Shown one piece after another: positions 54,825-64,000 of a DNA stretch of 64,000 nt. Within the stretch, counting starts at the first letter, position 1. Every line of letters starts with the position of its first letter. The position numbers were made by a program, and so were the translations under genes. The stretch spans positions 24,184-88,183 of the forward strand of contig JAGOAJ010000008.1 in assembly GCA_017983955.1 (NCBI GenBank), read 5' to 3'. Under the pieces are notes generated by a model that saw only the letters and a program-made list of their open reading frames with translations, was not told the origin of the DNA and searched no databases. This stretch comes from Burkholderiaceae bacterium (GTDB lineage: Bacteria; Pseudomonadota; Gammaproteobacteria; Burkholderiales; Burkholderiaceae_B).

Positions 54825-55754
54825 ATGAAACATTACCCATCCCTGAAACGCCTGCAACAATTTCAGCATCTTGCGCGCACCCTGAATTTCCGTCGCTCGG
54901 CAGAAGAGCTTAATATTGCTCAGCCAGCGCTTAGCCGCTCAATCCGGCTACTAGAGGACGAACTCGGTTTCAGCCTATTTACTCGCTCTACACGCTCGAC
55001 CACCATTACCGCTGCTGGCGAACACCTACTGAACCAATTGGGCACGCTATTTGGCGGGTTAGAACAAACCTTGCGCGAAGCGCGCCGCATTGCCAGTCAC
55101 CAAACCAAGCGCAAGCTAAAAATAGGCTACTCAGCCCAGGCCGCCAATGGGGCCATGCCCAGCCTGTTATTTAGCTTTGGCGGTCACCACACTGATGTCG
55201 AACTGGGCTTGCTCCAAGCACCATCGGAAGAACTTTATATGTCGGTGCGCGCAGGAACATTGGATGCAGCATTTCTGCTGGGTCCTGCACAACACGGCGA
55301 AGATGCAGAGCTAGAGTGCCTGCACGTAGACCGGCAGCCTTTGGTGGCCTTATGTGCGGCACGGCACGCACTGGCAAAGCGCCAGGAAGTCAGCTTGGCG
55401 GAGCTACAAAAATACGGTCTGATCATAGGTTCGCCAAGTCGCTGGGGGATATTCCGTGATCTGCTGGATATTATTTTCCAGCGACACCAGATCACGCCAC
55501 ATATTGTGTACGAACCAGACGACACCCCCATTTTGCTGGAGTCCGTGGCGCGTAGCGATAATATCGCCTTGTATGGCAACGGTATTATCGACAAACTGCC
55601 TCCAGGCATCGTCGCCATTCCTCTTCAGGAAGCCGATGCCAGTTTAGATATTTATTTTTTATGGCGCCGCACAGCCAACGATCCCTTGGCGGCTCTGGAG
55701 ACCTTTATTCGTAACCGAACAAGCACACCAGAACGCCCCACTAACATGCTATAG
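54825..55754 (+). CDS. LysR-family transcriptional regulator
   Basis: It has the HTH sequence LQQFQHLARTLNFRRSAEELNIAQPALSRSIRLLEDELG and a LysR substrate-binding domain. It is divergent from the amidase-MFS pair. Confidence 0.92.
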   Translation: MKHYPSLKRLQQFQHLARTLNFRRSAEELNIAQPALSRSIRLLEDELGFSLFTRSTRSTTITAAGEHLLNQLGTLFGGLEQTLREARRIASHQTKRKLKIGYSAQAANGAMPSLLFSFGGHHTDVELGLLQAPSEELYMSVRAGTLDAAFLLGPAQHGEDAELECLHVDRQPLVALCAARHALAKRQEVSLAELQKYGLIIGSPSRWGIFRDLLDIIFQRHQITPHIVYEPDDTPILLESVARSDNIALYGNGIIDKLPPGIVAIPLQEADASLDIYFLWRRTANDPLAALETFIRNRTSTPERPTNML

Positions 55755-55762
55755 GCACGTGT

Positions 55763-56272
55763 TTATTCGTCGCACCCGGAAATGACCTTCCCCGACTCTG
55801 CAAACTGAATTAACTCATCACCTGCCAAGCGATAACGGGTCCATTCTGTTTGCGGCTGCCCACCCACCGCGTCATATAAGCGTATCGCTGGCTGATTCCA
55901 GTTCAATACGCTCCATTCCATGCGGCGGCAGCCTTGCGCCACCCCCGCCTTGGCAACTTCCTGCAGCAGCTTACGCCCAGCGCCTAGGCCACGATATTCT
56001 GGCGCCACATACAAATCCTCCAGATAGATGCCATGGCGCCCTAACCAAGTAGAGTAGCTGGAAAAATACACAGCAAAGCCAGCCGCCTGGCCATCTATCT
56101 CACAGATCAGGGCCACACAGGACTGCGGTTCATCAAATAGGGTGCGGGAGATATCGTCCACTGTGGCAGAGACTTCATCCTTGGCTTTTTCATAAATAGC
56201 CAGATCGATAATAAATTGAAATATCACCGCCACGTCGCTACGAAGGGCCGGACGTATATGTATCACTGCCAT
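55763..56272 (-). CDS. GNAT-family N-acetyltransferase (diamine/SSAT-like)
   Basis: 169 aa with IRPA...D...I..FI..LA.YEK, LEDLYV.PEYRG.G.G..LL and W.VL.WN..A...Y. Confidence 0.88.
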   Translation of the reverse strand: MAVIHIRPALRSDVAVIFQFIIDLAIYEKAKDEVSATVDDISRTLFDEPQSCVALICEIDGQAAGFAVYFSSYSTWLGRHGIYLEDLYVAPEYRGLGAGRKLLQEVAKAGVAQGCRRMEWSVLNWNQPAIRLYDAVGGQPQTEWTRYRLAGDELIQFAESGKVISGCDE

Positions 56273-56380
56273 AGTGCGTAATTCAGTCTAAGTAAATGGG
56301 AGAAAAACGCCCAAGTTTACACGCCCCACTGCCAGTATTAATTTTCGCTTCCCTATCCTTTAATCAAAACCTTCATGTTT

Positions 56381-56412
56381 TTGATATTTGCTTTATGTTT
56401 GGTTGATATTTG
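56381..56412 (+). promoter_or_regulatory. Direct repeat TTGATATTTG-N12-TTGATATTTG (22-bp periodicity), a candidate response-regulator binding site
   Basis: Exact 10-mers at 56381-56390 and 56403-56412 lie 55-85 bp upstream of the GT2 start, embedded in TGTTT-rich sequence. Confidence 0.45.
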
Positions 56413-56466
56413 TTTGTTGACCGCAGCAGTACTTTGCGCCTGTACCCAACCTTAAGGTCGCATCGT

Positions 56467-57519
56467 ATGAATGTCCTATCTGATCCCTGGCCGCCTGAAC
56501 CCGAAATCCGCGGCATCACTCTGTCCGTTGTTATCCCCGTCTATAACGAGCGCCCGGTACTGCCCATGCTTTATGAGCGTCTGCGCGCCGTGCTGGACCC
56601 GCTGCATATTCGCTACGAGCTGGTACTGGTTGACGATGGCAGCCGGGACGGCAGTGGCGACTATCTGGTTGGCCTGGCCACCGAGGTCCCTTTTATCAAG
56701 GCAATACGCCTAAGCCGTAACTTCGGCAAAGAAGCGGCCTTAACTGCAGGCCTGGCTCAGGCCACTGGCGAAGCCGTGATTATCCTGGACGCTGATTTGC
56801 AGGATCCGCCAGAACTGATCCCGCAAATGCTGCAAGCCTGGCGCGATGGCGCCGATGTGGTGTGTATGCGGCGACGATCCAGAGCAGGTGAAACCTGGTT
56901 CAAGCGCACCAGTGCACATGTATTTTATAGGCTGCTCAATAGCATCAGCGATGTAGATATCCCCGAAGACACGGGCGACTTCAGGCTAATTAGCCGCCAG
57001 GCCGTGGAGGCACTGAATCAACTGGGCGAGCGCAAGCGTTATATGAAAGGCTTGTTTGCCTGGATAGGTTTACCCACCAAGGTCATAACATACGACCGCG
57101 ATGCCCGTGTCGCAGGCATCAGCAAATGGGATTATCTGGGGCTGCTGGGGCTGGCCTTTGAAGGCGTTACCTCGTTTTCGGTAGCACCGCTGCGGCTGGC
57201 CATGGGCGCGGGGCTGTTGACCGCCTTGGTAGGCATGCTATTTGGGCTGTGGATAGTCGCTAAAACGCTGATGCTGGGCGAACCCGTGCAAGGCTACACG
57301 TCGTTGATCAGCATTATGACTTTTTTAGGTGGTGTGCAACTGATCTCTATAGGCTTGCTGGGCGAGTACGTTGGTAAGACGTATTTCGAGGCAAAACAGC
57401 GCCCGGTCTACCTCATCCGTGATGTGGTGCAGGCTCGCCGTCCAGCGCGGCTTAACACGGCCATTCCTTTTAAAACCCGCGCAAACAAACTAGGTAAGAA
57501 ACATGCTGCGTCGCTTTAA
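56467..57519 (+). CDS. GT2 polyprenyl-phosphate glycosyltransferase (ArnC/GtrB/LgmA-like)
   Basis: I set the start at ATG 56467 (MNVLSD...). It has LSVVIPVYNE, VLVDDGSRDGS, ILDADLQDPPE (DxD) and two C-terminal TM helices. Confidence 0.88.
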   Translation: MNVLSDPWPPEPEIRGITLSVVIPVYNERPVLPMLYERLRAVLDPLHIRYELVLVDDGSRDGSGDYLVGLATEVPFIKAIRLSRNFGKEAALTAGLAQATGEAVIILDADLQDPPELIPQMLQAWRDGADVVCMRRRSRAGETWFKRTSAHVFYRLLNSISDVDIPEDTGDFRLISRQAVEALNQLGERKRYMKGLFAWIGLPTKVITYDRDARVAGISKWDYLGLLGLAFEGVTSFSVAPLRLAMGAGLLTALVGMLFGLWIVAKTLMLGEPVQGYTSLISIMTFLGGVQLISIGLLGEYVGKTYFEAKQRPVYLIRDVVQARRPARLNTAIPFKTRANKLGKKHAASL

Positions 57520-58972
57520 CCTATGGTGGGTGCTGGCCGCCTTGTTGTGCCTGCCGCTATTGAGCATGTGGCTACTACCCCTGATCGATACTTCGGAGCC
57601 CCGTTACGCCGAGATCGCTCGCCTTATGGCGCAATCTGGCGACTGGATCACACCCTGGTTCGAACCTGGACTGCCCTTTTGGGGCAAGCCCCCCCTATCG
57701 TTCTGGGCACAAGCACTATCCTTCAAACTTTTTGGAGTCAGCGAATTTAGCGCACGCCTACCGTCCTGGCTGGCCATGCTGGGAACCGTCAGCCTGCTAA
57801 TTGCTTATACGCGCTCGGTATTTAGCCTGCGCACTGCGCTTTGGGCCGCCATCATCTATAGCTCGTGCGCCCTGGCCTACCTGACGTCTGGCGCTGTGCT
57901 GACTGATCCGTTTTTAGCACTGGCTACCACCTGGGCCATGGTCGCATTTGTCATGGCCAGCCGCCAGCCAACATTCATCTGGCGCTATGGGTTTTTCATA
58001 GGCGTAAGCCTAGGTCTGCTGGCCAAAGGCCCGCTTGCGCTGGTTCTAATTGCAGGCCCCTTGGCCCTGTGTCTGCTGGCATACCCATCAGTACGTCACA
58101 ACTTGCGTGCCTTGCCCTGGGTGACTGGCACGCTATTAACACTAGCAATCAGCCTGCCCTGGTATATCTTGGCTGAAATCAAGACGCCAGGCTTTCTGAA
58201 TTACTTTATTATCGGCGAGCATTTTTTACGTTTTGTTGATCCCGGCTGGAAAGGAGATCTGTACGGCTCAGCACATCAGCGCATGTACGGCACGATCTGG
58301 TGGTACTGGCTGCAAGCAACCTTCCCCTGGGGGATACTGGCTACCGTCATGCTGGCCATGGCCGCCGCCCATAAAACGGGACGACGTCTGGCACGACTAG
58401 CCATCTTGCAGCCTGACCTAGGCTATTTGTTGGCTTGGTCCTTGTTCACACCGCTGTTTTTCACTGTGGCTGGCAATATACTTTGGACCTATCTGCTGCC
58501 CTGCCTAGGCGCATTCAGCATACTGATGGCGGTCACGCTGCGGGCCTGGCAGACCCAATCACCACGAACGGTGCAGCGCATGCGGTTCTTGGCCGCGATA
58601 GCCCCTGTCGCCTTGTTCGTGATGACGCTGGCCACGGTATTGCAGCCTGACCGCGTGAAAACCGAGCGTGAATTGGTGCATTATGCTGAACAGCAGTCCA
58701 ACCTGGACAGCCATCTACTTTATCTGGATAAACGTCCATTTTCAGCCCGTTTTTATTCGCATGGCACAGCGGGACTACTTAGCCTGGCCCAATTGCCAGA
58801 GGCGTTAAGCGGCCAGGAACCATTTTATTTGGCAGTCCCCAAACCCCTGCTCCCAGAAGCAGAAAAGGTACTGACGTCGCCATTACACATACAGTTTGAA
58901 AATCAACGCTATGTGCTGCTCAAGGTACAGCCCAGTACCCATATAGCAAGTGCCCAAAATCCTGTACAGTGA
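57503..58972 (+). CDS. GT-C (GT39/GT83, ArnT/PMT-like) membrane glycosyltransferase
   Basis: 489 aa with ~11 TM helices. It has the N-terminal loop DTSEPRYAEIARLMAQSGDWITPWF...PFWGKPPL, typical of ArnT-like enzymes. It overlaps the GT2 gene by 17 nt. Confidence 0.85.
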   Translation: MLRRFNLWWVLAALLCLPLLSMWLLPLIDTSEPRYAEIARLMAQSGDWITPWFEPGLPFWGKPPLSFWAQALSFKLFGVSEFSARLPSWLAMLGTVSLLIAYTRSVFSLRTALWAAIIYSSCALAYLTSGAVLTDPFLALATTWAMVAFVMASRQPTFIWRYGFFIGVSLGLLAKGPLALVLIAGPLALCLLAYPSVRHNLRALPWVTGTLLTLAISLPWYILAEIKTPGFLNYFIIGEHFLRFVDPGWKGDLYGSAHQRMYGTIWWYWLQATFPWGILATVMLAMAAAHKTGRRLARLAILQPDLGYLLAWSLFTPLFFTVAGNILWTYLLPCLGAFSILMAVTLRAWQTQSPRTVQRMRFLAAIAPVALFVMTLATVLQPDRVKTERELVHYAEQQSNLDSHLLYLDKRPFSARFYSHGTAGLLSLAQLPEALSGQEPFYLAVPKPLLPEAEKVLTSPLHIQFENQRYVLLKVQPSTHIASAQNPVQ

Positions 58973-58996
58973 TGTAAACCGTAAAGACCATACAAC

Positions 58997-59704
58997 ATGC
59001 TTGCATTTCAGGATCGCATACGCCTGCTGATCGTAGAAGATCACGTAGCACTGGCCGAGAACCTTTTTGAGTTTTTTGGCGACCAGCGCTACGTACTGGA
59101 TTTCGCATCGGACGGCCTGACTGCCCTGCACCTTGTTGCTACCAACCACTACGATGTGATTATTCTAGATGTCATGCTGCCAGGGCTGTCCGGCTTCGAG
59201 GTCTGCCGTCGAATACGCCAGGATATGCAGTGCCCTACCCCGGTTATTCTGATGACTGCCAAGGATCAGCTGACTGACAAAGAGCAAGGTTTCACACTGG
59301 GCGCCGACGATTATCTGGTCAAGCCCTTTAACCTGCGCGAACTGCAGCTTAGAGTAGAGGCCATGTACCGCCGCCAACCGGGCAACACCAAAACCGTACT
59401 GCTGCAGGCGCCCGGCGTTAGCTTCGATCCCGGCAACCTGTGTGTGCAAACTGACAATGGCACCACACTGGAACTATCCGGCACGGCGGCCAAAATCTTC
59501 TCGACCCTGATCCAGGCCTATCCCAACTTTGTCTCCTACGAACAATTACGCAACAGCGTATGGGGCGAACGCGAAGCCGACATGAATACCTTACGTACTC
59601 ACGTATACGCCCTGCGTAAACAGCTGCAGGATGTTTTTCAGATGCCCATGATCAAAACCCTGCATGGACGCGGCTACCGCTTAATCGCGCCCGCCAAGCA
59701 CTGA
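58997..59704 (+). CDS. OmpR/PhoB-family response regulator
   Basis: It has the receiver sequence RLLIVEDH...DVIILDVMLPGLSGFEV...KP and the winged-helix output LRTHVYALRKQL...IKTLHGRGYRL. Confidence 0.92.
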   Translation: MLAFQDRIRLLIVEDHVALAENLFEFFGDQRYVLDFASDGLTALHLVATNHYDVIILDVMLPGLSGFEVCRRIRQDMQCPTPVILMTAKDQLTDKEQGFTLGADDYLVKPFNLRELQLRVEAMYRRQPGNTKTVLLQAPGVSFDPGNLCVQTDNGTTLELSGTAAKIFSTLIQAYPNFVSYEQLRNSVWGEREADMNTLRTHVYALRKQLQDVFQMPMIKTLHGRGYRLIAPAKH

Positions 59705-59706
59705 CC

Positions 59707-60978
59707 ATGAAATCCATAGGCCGCCGAATTTCACGCGCCATGTTGGCCATCAGCCTGGCCAGCATGGCTGTCATGCTGATCGTGGTCCTGATGGTCAATG
59801 AAGACCTGGAAAACACCATGCTGCAGGCAGAGCTGCAAGAACAACGCGATATCTTCCTGGCGCTAAAGCCAGATGCCGCACCCCTGGTGTGGGAAACCAC
59901 CAACCTAAGCGTCGCCCACTTACCCAAGAACGCGCCCCTGCCTGCCAATATGCCTGCCATATTCGCTAATCTGCCCATCAATTACTCCGGCGAACTAAAA
60001 CACGATGGCAGGACCTTCTTGGTGCGCATAGACCCAGGTGTGTCCGGTGTTTTTTATGTGGCCAAAGACATTACCCACTTCGAGGAAAGGGAAACCTTAT
60101 TCCAGATGACTTTGGGGGTTGTGATCATAGTGCTGACTGGCCTAGCCCTGCTGCTGGCCGCGCTAAGCAGCCGCCGCATTGTCATACCCTTGCGACGCCT
60201 GTCTTATCAAATTAGCGATACTCCCGTGGGCGCCCACATGCCGCGCATCCCACTGGACTACCAAGACAGCGAACTGCATGCCATCGCCCATACGTTTAAT
60301 CGCTTCCTGGATGAACTGGAATCATTTGTTAAACGCGAGCAGTCCCTGCTGAATTTGGCCAGCCACGAATTACGCACCCCGATTGCGGTGATTTCAGGCG
60401 CGCTGGATGTGCTGGAGCAACGTCGACAATTAGCGGCTAACGATCAGGCCACCGTGGCCCGCATCCGTAGCGCCTGCACGGAGATGGAGGCTAACGTTGC
60501 CATGCTACTGACTTTGGCCAGACGTGATCCGAAGCAAGACAAACAACAGCCTGTAGCCTTATTGGCTGCGGTGCACTTGGCCTTAGACAACCTGGATATA
60601 TCACACCAGGCTGCATCCAGGGTGACGGTAAGCGCGCATCACCCGGCAACTGTCATGGCCGACTCAGTGATCGTAGGTATGCTATTGCGCAACCTGATAC
60701 AAAACGCTTTGCTGCACACCCCACACGCTATACAAGTACGCCTTACTGGCGATGTAATCGAAATAGCAGATCAAGGCGCGGGATTAAATGAGGATCAGCT
60801 CGCCATACTGGCCGGCCAGCAGCGCCTTGCTCAAAGCGGATCGCCGCTTACCGGACTAGGTCTATATATAGTCACCTTAATGTGCGAACGTCTACGCTGG
60901 CGTCTGGATGTGGTGCAAAGCACCAACAGTGGCACCATCATTCAACTGCATACTCAGCCATTATCGGTCAGCACCTAG
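59707..60978 (+). CDS. Sensor histidine kinase (two TM helices, HAMP-like, HisKA, HATPase)
   Basis: It has the H-box ASHELRTPIAV, an N-box LIQNALLHTP and a G-box DQGAGL...GLGLYIV. It begins 2 nt after the regulator stop. Confidence 0.9.
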   Translation: MKSIGRRISRAMLAISLASMAVMLIVVLMVNEDLENTMLQAELQEQRDIFLALKPDAAPLVWETTNLSVAHLPKNAPLPANMPAIFANLPINYSGELKHDGRTFLVRIDPGVSGVFYVAKDITHFEERETLFQMTLGVVIIVLTGLALLLAALSSRRIVIPLRRLSYQISDTPVGAHMPRIPLDYQDSELHAIAHTFNRFLDELESFVKREQSLLNLASHELRTPIAVISGALDVLEQRRQLAANDQATVARIRSACTEMEANVAMLLTLARRDPKQDKQQPVALLAAVHLALDNLDISHQAASRVTVSAHHPATVMADSVIVGMLLRNLIQNALLHTPHAIQVRLTGDVIEIADQGAGLNEDQLAILAGQQRLAQSGSPLTGLGLYIVTLMCERLRWRLDVVQSTNSGTIIQLHTQPLSVST

Positions 60979-62184
60979 CCAATTCAATACCCCTTGACCC
61001 GCCACTCTACCGCTGGCAAAACAGGCGGTTAGCAAATACCCGCCGGTGGGGGCTTCCCAATCCAACATTTCACCCGCGCAAAAAACTCCAGGCATAACCT
61101 GCAACATCAGGTCCGGAGTCAATCCATCCAGACACACGCCACCTGCTGAACTAATTGCCTCATCCAAAGGCCGGATACCCAGCAGTTGAACCGGCAGACG
61201 CTTAATCGCCCGAGCCACACTTTCTGGGTGATCAAAAGCAGACTTAGGCAGGCACTCGCGTAATAAGCCCGCCTTAACCCCGCGCAAACTTAAGCGACTG
61301 GCCAAGTGACTGGACCAGGACCGCGCGCCCCGTGGTCGGGTCACTTCGCTCATAACGTAATTGAGGTCACGCCCCGGCAACAGATCAATGTCTAAAGTGG
61401 CTTGGCCATCAGCCAACACAGCACTACGCAACACCGACGACCACGAATAAACCAGCCCGCCTTCCAGGCCATCGTCCGTTACCATGCATTCACCACGACG
61501 CAGCTTGAAATCGCCCTGCGGCGCCATGGCGATGGACTTCAGGGGTTGACCTGCAAAACGCTCGGAAAAATATGGGCTCCAGGAAGTTAAGAACCCACAG
61601 TTGGCAGGCAACAAGGGCGTCACAGCTACGCCTTGCTGCTGCAACAGAGTCTGCCAGGCGCCGTTCGACCCCAAGCGTGCCCAACTACCGCCGCCCATTG
61701 CCAGCACCACAGCATCGGCCCGTTTTGTAATGGGTCCAGCTGCGGTATCCAGCATCAACTCGCCATCATCGCTCCACCCACGCCATACATGGCGGGTATG
61801 TACCCTAACCCCAGTGGCCCTTAGCCTTTGGAGCCAACTACGCAGCAATGGCGCAGCCTTCATTTGCTCGGGAAACACCCGGCCGGATGAGCCCACAAAC
61901 GTGTCTATGCCCAACTGATGCGACCAATCACGTAAAGCCTGGGCATCCAGTTGATCCAGCCACTGCGACACCCGAGGTTGAGCCTGACCAAACCGCGCGC
62001 GAAAATCCTGGTCAACTTCATTGTGGGTCAAGTTAAGCCCACCTCGCCCCGCCAGCAGAAACTTACGACCTACCGAGGGCATGGCATCGTAGACGTCCAC
62101 GCCCATACCCGCCTGGGCCAGGGTTTCAGCAGCCATCAATCCGGCGGGCCCGCCACCAATTACAGCTATCGAATAAGTCGGCAT
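60961..62184 (-). CDS. HI0933/BaiN-like NAD(FAD)-dependent flavoprotein
   Basis: 407 aa. It has IAVIGGGPAGLMAAETLAQAG, GRKFLLAGRGGLNLTH and a C-terminal GVFCAGEMLDWEAPTGGYLL. Confidence 0.85.
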   Translation of the reverse strand: MPTYSIAVIGGGPAGLMAAETLAQAGMGVDVYDAMPSVGRKFLLAGRGGLNLTHNEVDQDFRARFGQAQPRVSQWLDQLDAQALRDWSHQLGIDTFVGSSGRVFPEQMKAAPLLRSWLQRLRATGVRVHTRHVWRGWSDDGELMLDTAAGPITKRADAVVLAMGGGSWARLGSNGAWQTLLQQQGVAVTPLLPANCGFLTSWSPYFSERFAGQPLKSIAMAPQGDFKLRRGECMVTDDGLEGGLVYSWSSVLRSAVLADGQATLDIDLLPGRDLNYVMSEVTRPRGARSWSSHLASRLSLRGVKAGLLRECLPKSAFDHPESVARAIKRLPVQLLGIRPLDEAISSAGGVCLDGLTPDLMLQVMPGVFCAGEMLDWEAPTGGYLLTACFASGRVAGQGVLNWLGADR

Positions 62185-62385
62185 CTTATATAACCATCAA
62201 GAATAGGCCAGTGAGGCCCGAAGGAAAGTGCTACGGTAGCAGAAACTGAACCGGGTATAAGACCATGGTATAAACCTGCCCTTGTACATAAGCTTGAAAA
62301 CAGACAGGTGAAAGACTACCATCTGTGACAGTCGGCCCTTCGTTCATAAGAGCCCCCACATTGAATCCACCAGGAGGGCACGCAT

Positions 62386-63420
62386 ATGCGTACCATACAA
62401 CGTCGAGATTTTCTGAAATTGGCTGGCGCCGCCGGCTTGGCTGGTCTGCCAGGAGCATGGCCACTAGCTTACGCTGCTGACGCGAATCCGCTGGCCAAAG
62501 CGCAAGCTCAGGGCAAGGCCGTGTTCTACGCCAACATCACGGCAGTTTCGCCGATTATGAAGGCCTTCGAAGCAGATACCGGCATCAAGGGCGAATACAC
62601 CCGCACCTCTAGCTCTAAATTTCTGCCCACGATACTGACCGAGTTCAACGCAGGCAAGCTGATGGCTGACGTCATCCAGGCTCCCCAGCCTATGCTGGAG
62701 CTGCTTAAAGAACAAGGCGTGCTGGCACCCTACCGCTCGCCAGCCGCTGCGGGCTACCCCGACTGGGCAGTTAAGGACGAATACATCACGCTGTTCGGCA
62801 TCGAATACGTGTCCTACTTGTACAACACCGACCACGTCAAGAAAGCAGACGCGCCATCGCGCTACGAAGACCTGGCCGACCCCAAGTGGAAAAATCAGAT
62901 CGTCATGGCCGACCCCAGCACTCATGCCTCGACCATTTCATGGCTGGTTGGCCTGAAAGAACAGGTCTTCGCATCTGAAGCCGAGTGGATGGAGTTCGTC
63001 AAGGGACTGGCTGCTAATCGACCCATGTTCGTAGCGTCCTTTGGTCCCACCCCTGCCCCCATAGAAAGCGGTGAAAAGCTGATCAGTATTTCCATGCCGA
63101 AATACATCACTACCAAAGCTCCTGCCCCGCTGGCCTGGGCGCCACAATCCGGTCAGCCTTTGCTGGGCTCTTCACGGGCTATCGCTATTAGCTCGCAGTC
63201 GCCACGTCCTGATGCGGCGCGCGCTTTTATTGACTACTGGCTGTCCCAAAAAGCCATGAGCCTGCTGGCCAAGGATGTAGGCGAGTACGTTTTGGCTCCT
63301 GGCGTTTTCCCACCTATCGAAAACATCGATCAGGCCAAGGTATTGCCCGTACGCGATTTGTCCGACGCGGAAATCCAGACCTGGGGACGTGAATTCAACA
63401 AAATATTTGCTGCTAAGTAA
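62386..63420 (+). CDS. ABC transporter periplasmic binding protein, family 1 (Fe3+/polyamine/phosphonate-type) with Tat-like signal
   Basis: 344 aa. The N-terminus MRTIQRRDFLKLAGAAGLAGLPGAWPLAYA has a twin-arginine motif. The body is SBP_bac_1/AfuA-like. Confidence 0.82.
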   Translation: MRTIQRRDFLKLAGAAGLAGLPGAWPLAYAADANPLAKAQAQGKAVFYANITAVSPIMKAFEADTGIKGEYTRTSSSKFLPTILTEFNAGKLMADVIQAPQPMLELLKEQGVLAPYRSPAAAGYPDWAVKDEYITLFGIEYVSYLYNTDHVKKADAPSRYEDLADPKWKNQIVMADPSTHASTISWLVGLKEQVFASEAEWMEFVKGLAANRPMFVASFGPTPAPIESGEKLISISMPKYITTKAPAPLAWAPQSGQPLLGSSRAIAISSQSPRPDAARAFIDYWLSQKAMSLLAKDVGEYVLAPGVFPPIENIDQAKVLPVRDLSDAEIQTWGREFNKIFAAK

Positions 63421-63428
63421 CACACACA

Positions 63429-64000
63429 ATGGAAATAAAAATCGAAGGCCTGAGCAAAAACTATGTTTCTGAAGGCAAAATCTTCAAGGCTCTGGACAAT
63501 ATCAACCTCACCATACCGTCCAACGAAATCTTCACTTTGCTAGGCCCCAGCGGCTGTGGCAAAACCACCTTGCTGCGCTGCATCGTCGGGCTGGAAACCC
63601 CTGACGAAGGCCAGATCAGTATAGGTGGCGAAGTAGTTTGGTCCAAAGCCAAAGGCATAGCCATTCCGCCCGAAAAGCGGGGTCTGGGCATGGTCTTCCA
63701 GACCTACGCCATCTGGCCGCACATGAGCGTCTTCGATAATATTGCCTACCCGCTACAAATTCGCGGCATGCGCAAGGACGAAATCCGCGAGCGTGTCGCC
63801 AAAACCCTGCGCTTTGTACAGCTTGAAGGCGTGGAAAAACGTTCAGCCACCAAACTGTCGGGGGGCCAGCAACAGCGTGTGGCCTTGGCTCGCGCCTTAG
63901 TGGCCGAGCCTAAAGTCATACTGTTTGACGAACCCTTAAGTAATCTTGACGCCAAACTACGTGAAGAAACCCGCAAGGAACTTAGAACCTTCCTAAGCGC
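63429..64000 (+). CDS. ABC transporter ATP-binding protein (PotA/FbpC-like); 5' part, runs off the right edge
   Basis: My translation from the ATG at 63429 gives MEIKIEGLSKNY...LLGPSGCGKTTLLRCI...LSGGQQQRVALARAL...ILFDEPLSNLD. It is not in the ORF track because it is truncated. Confidence 0.9.
   Translation, partial: MEIKIEGLSKNYVSEGKIFKALDNINLTIPSNEIFTLLGPSGCGKTTLLRCIVGLETPDEGQISIGGEVVWSKAKGIAIPPEKRGLGMVFQTYAIWPHMSVFDNIAYPLQIRGMRKDEIRERVAKTLRFVQLEGVEKRSATKLSGGQQQRVALARALVAEPKVILFDEPLSNLDAKLREETRKELRTFLS

Noticed and set aside
60961-60978. The 18-nt convergent overlap of the histidine kinase and flavoprotein 3' ends as a regulatory feature
   Set aside because: Short convergent overlaps are common in compact genomes, and nothing in the sequence (no hairpin, no motif) suggests a special function.
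62185-62385. A possible riboswitch or leader in the 200-nt region upstream of the Tat-signal binding protein
   Set aside because: I looked for TPP (CTGAGA...ACCTGATCTGGATAATGCCAGCG), cobalamin B12-box and Moco-type signatures and found none. There are only short imperfect hairpins. It remains unresolved without a covariance-model scan (Rfam/Infernal).
1-64000. A search for mobile elements, CRISPR arrays, tRNA/rRNA genes, toxin-antitoxin pairs and known defence systems
   Set aside because: I saw no transposase, integrase or recombinase-like translation and no regularly spaced direct repeats. There is no cloverleaf-like or rRNA-like segment, and no nuclease/helicase/methyltransferase cluster. 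The only sizeable repeat is the tandem dctP duplication.

Overview
This is a gene-dense segment of about 66 protein-coding genes with moderately high GC. The gene content looks like a metabolically versatile beta-proteobacterium of Burkholderiales/Alcaligenaceae type, but that is an impression, not a test. I saw no rRNA, tRNA, CRISPR array, transposase, integrase or recognisable defence gene. The window falls into seven blocks. (1) 1-9391: a tightly packed minus-strand operon with a PaaI thioesterase, two thiolase-fold proteins, a DUF35 protein, both subunits of a biotin acyl-CoA carboxylase, a MaoC hydratase and a CitE-like lyase. A crotonase and a nitroreductase are transcribed divergently. 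(2) 11436-20431: a TRAP transporter with two tandem paralogous receptors, three SDRs, a KstD-like flavoprotein and a divergent GntR regulator. (3) 20477-23257: a GST, then translationally coupled ornithine cyclodeaminase and arginase genes. (4) 23384-38538: the most unusual region, a multi-operon island. It contains two stand-alone plant-type [2Fe-2S] ferredoxins flanking a small unknown protein, a YfeH-type BASS transporter, a ferredoxin-NAD(P) reductase, GlcG, an aldehyde dehydrogenase and a CADD/PqqC-like protein with a complete di-iron ligand set. It also contains a signal-less GGT-family hydrolase with a large transporter, a TauE/TSUP protein, a GntR regulator, a NitT/TauT-type ABC importer and a cysteine hydrolase. 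Recurrent GTATAC-type and CTAGGG-type intergenic motifs link these operons. (5) 38631-55754: an FAD monooxygenase, a Dpp/Opp-type ABC operon with an embedded AsnC regulator, and an operon of a threonine-dehydratase-like protein, a DoeB-like deacylase and an aminotransferase. These are followed by a polar amino-acid ABC importer, an MFS transporter with a nitrilase-family amidase, and a LysR regulator. (6) 55763-60978: a GNAT, then an ArnC-like GT2, an ArnT-like GT-C and an OmpR/HK two-component system. (7) 60961-64000: an HI0933-type flavoprotein and the start of another ABC importer. All functional calls come from reading the translated sequences for motifs; no database search was run.
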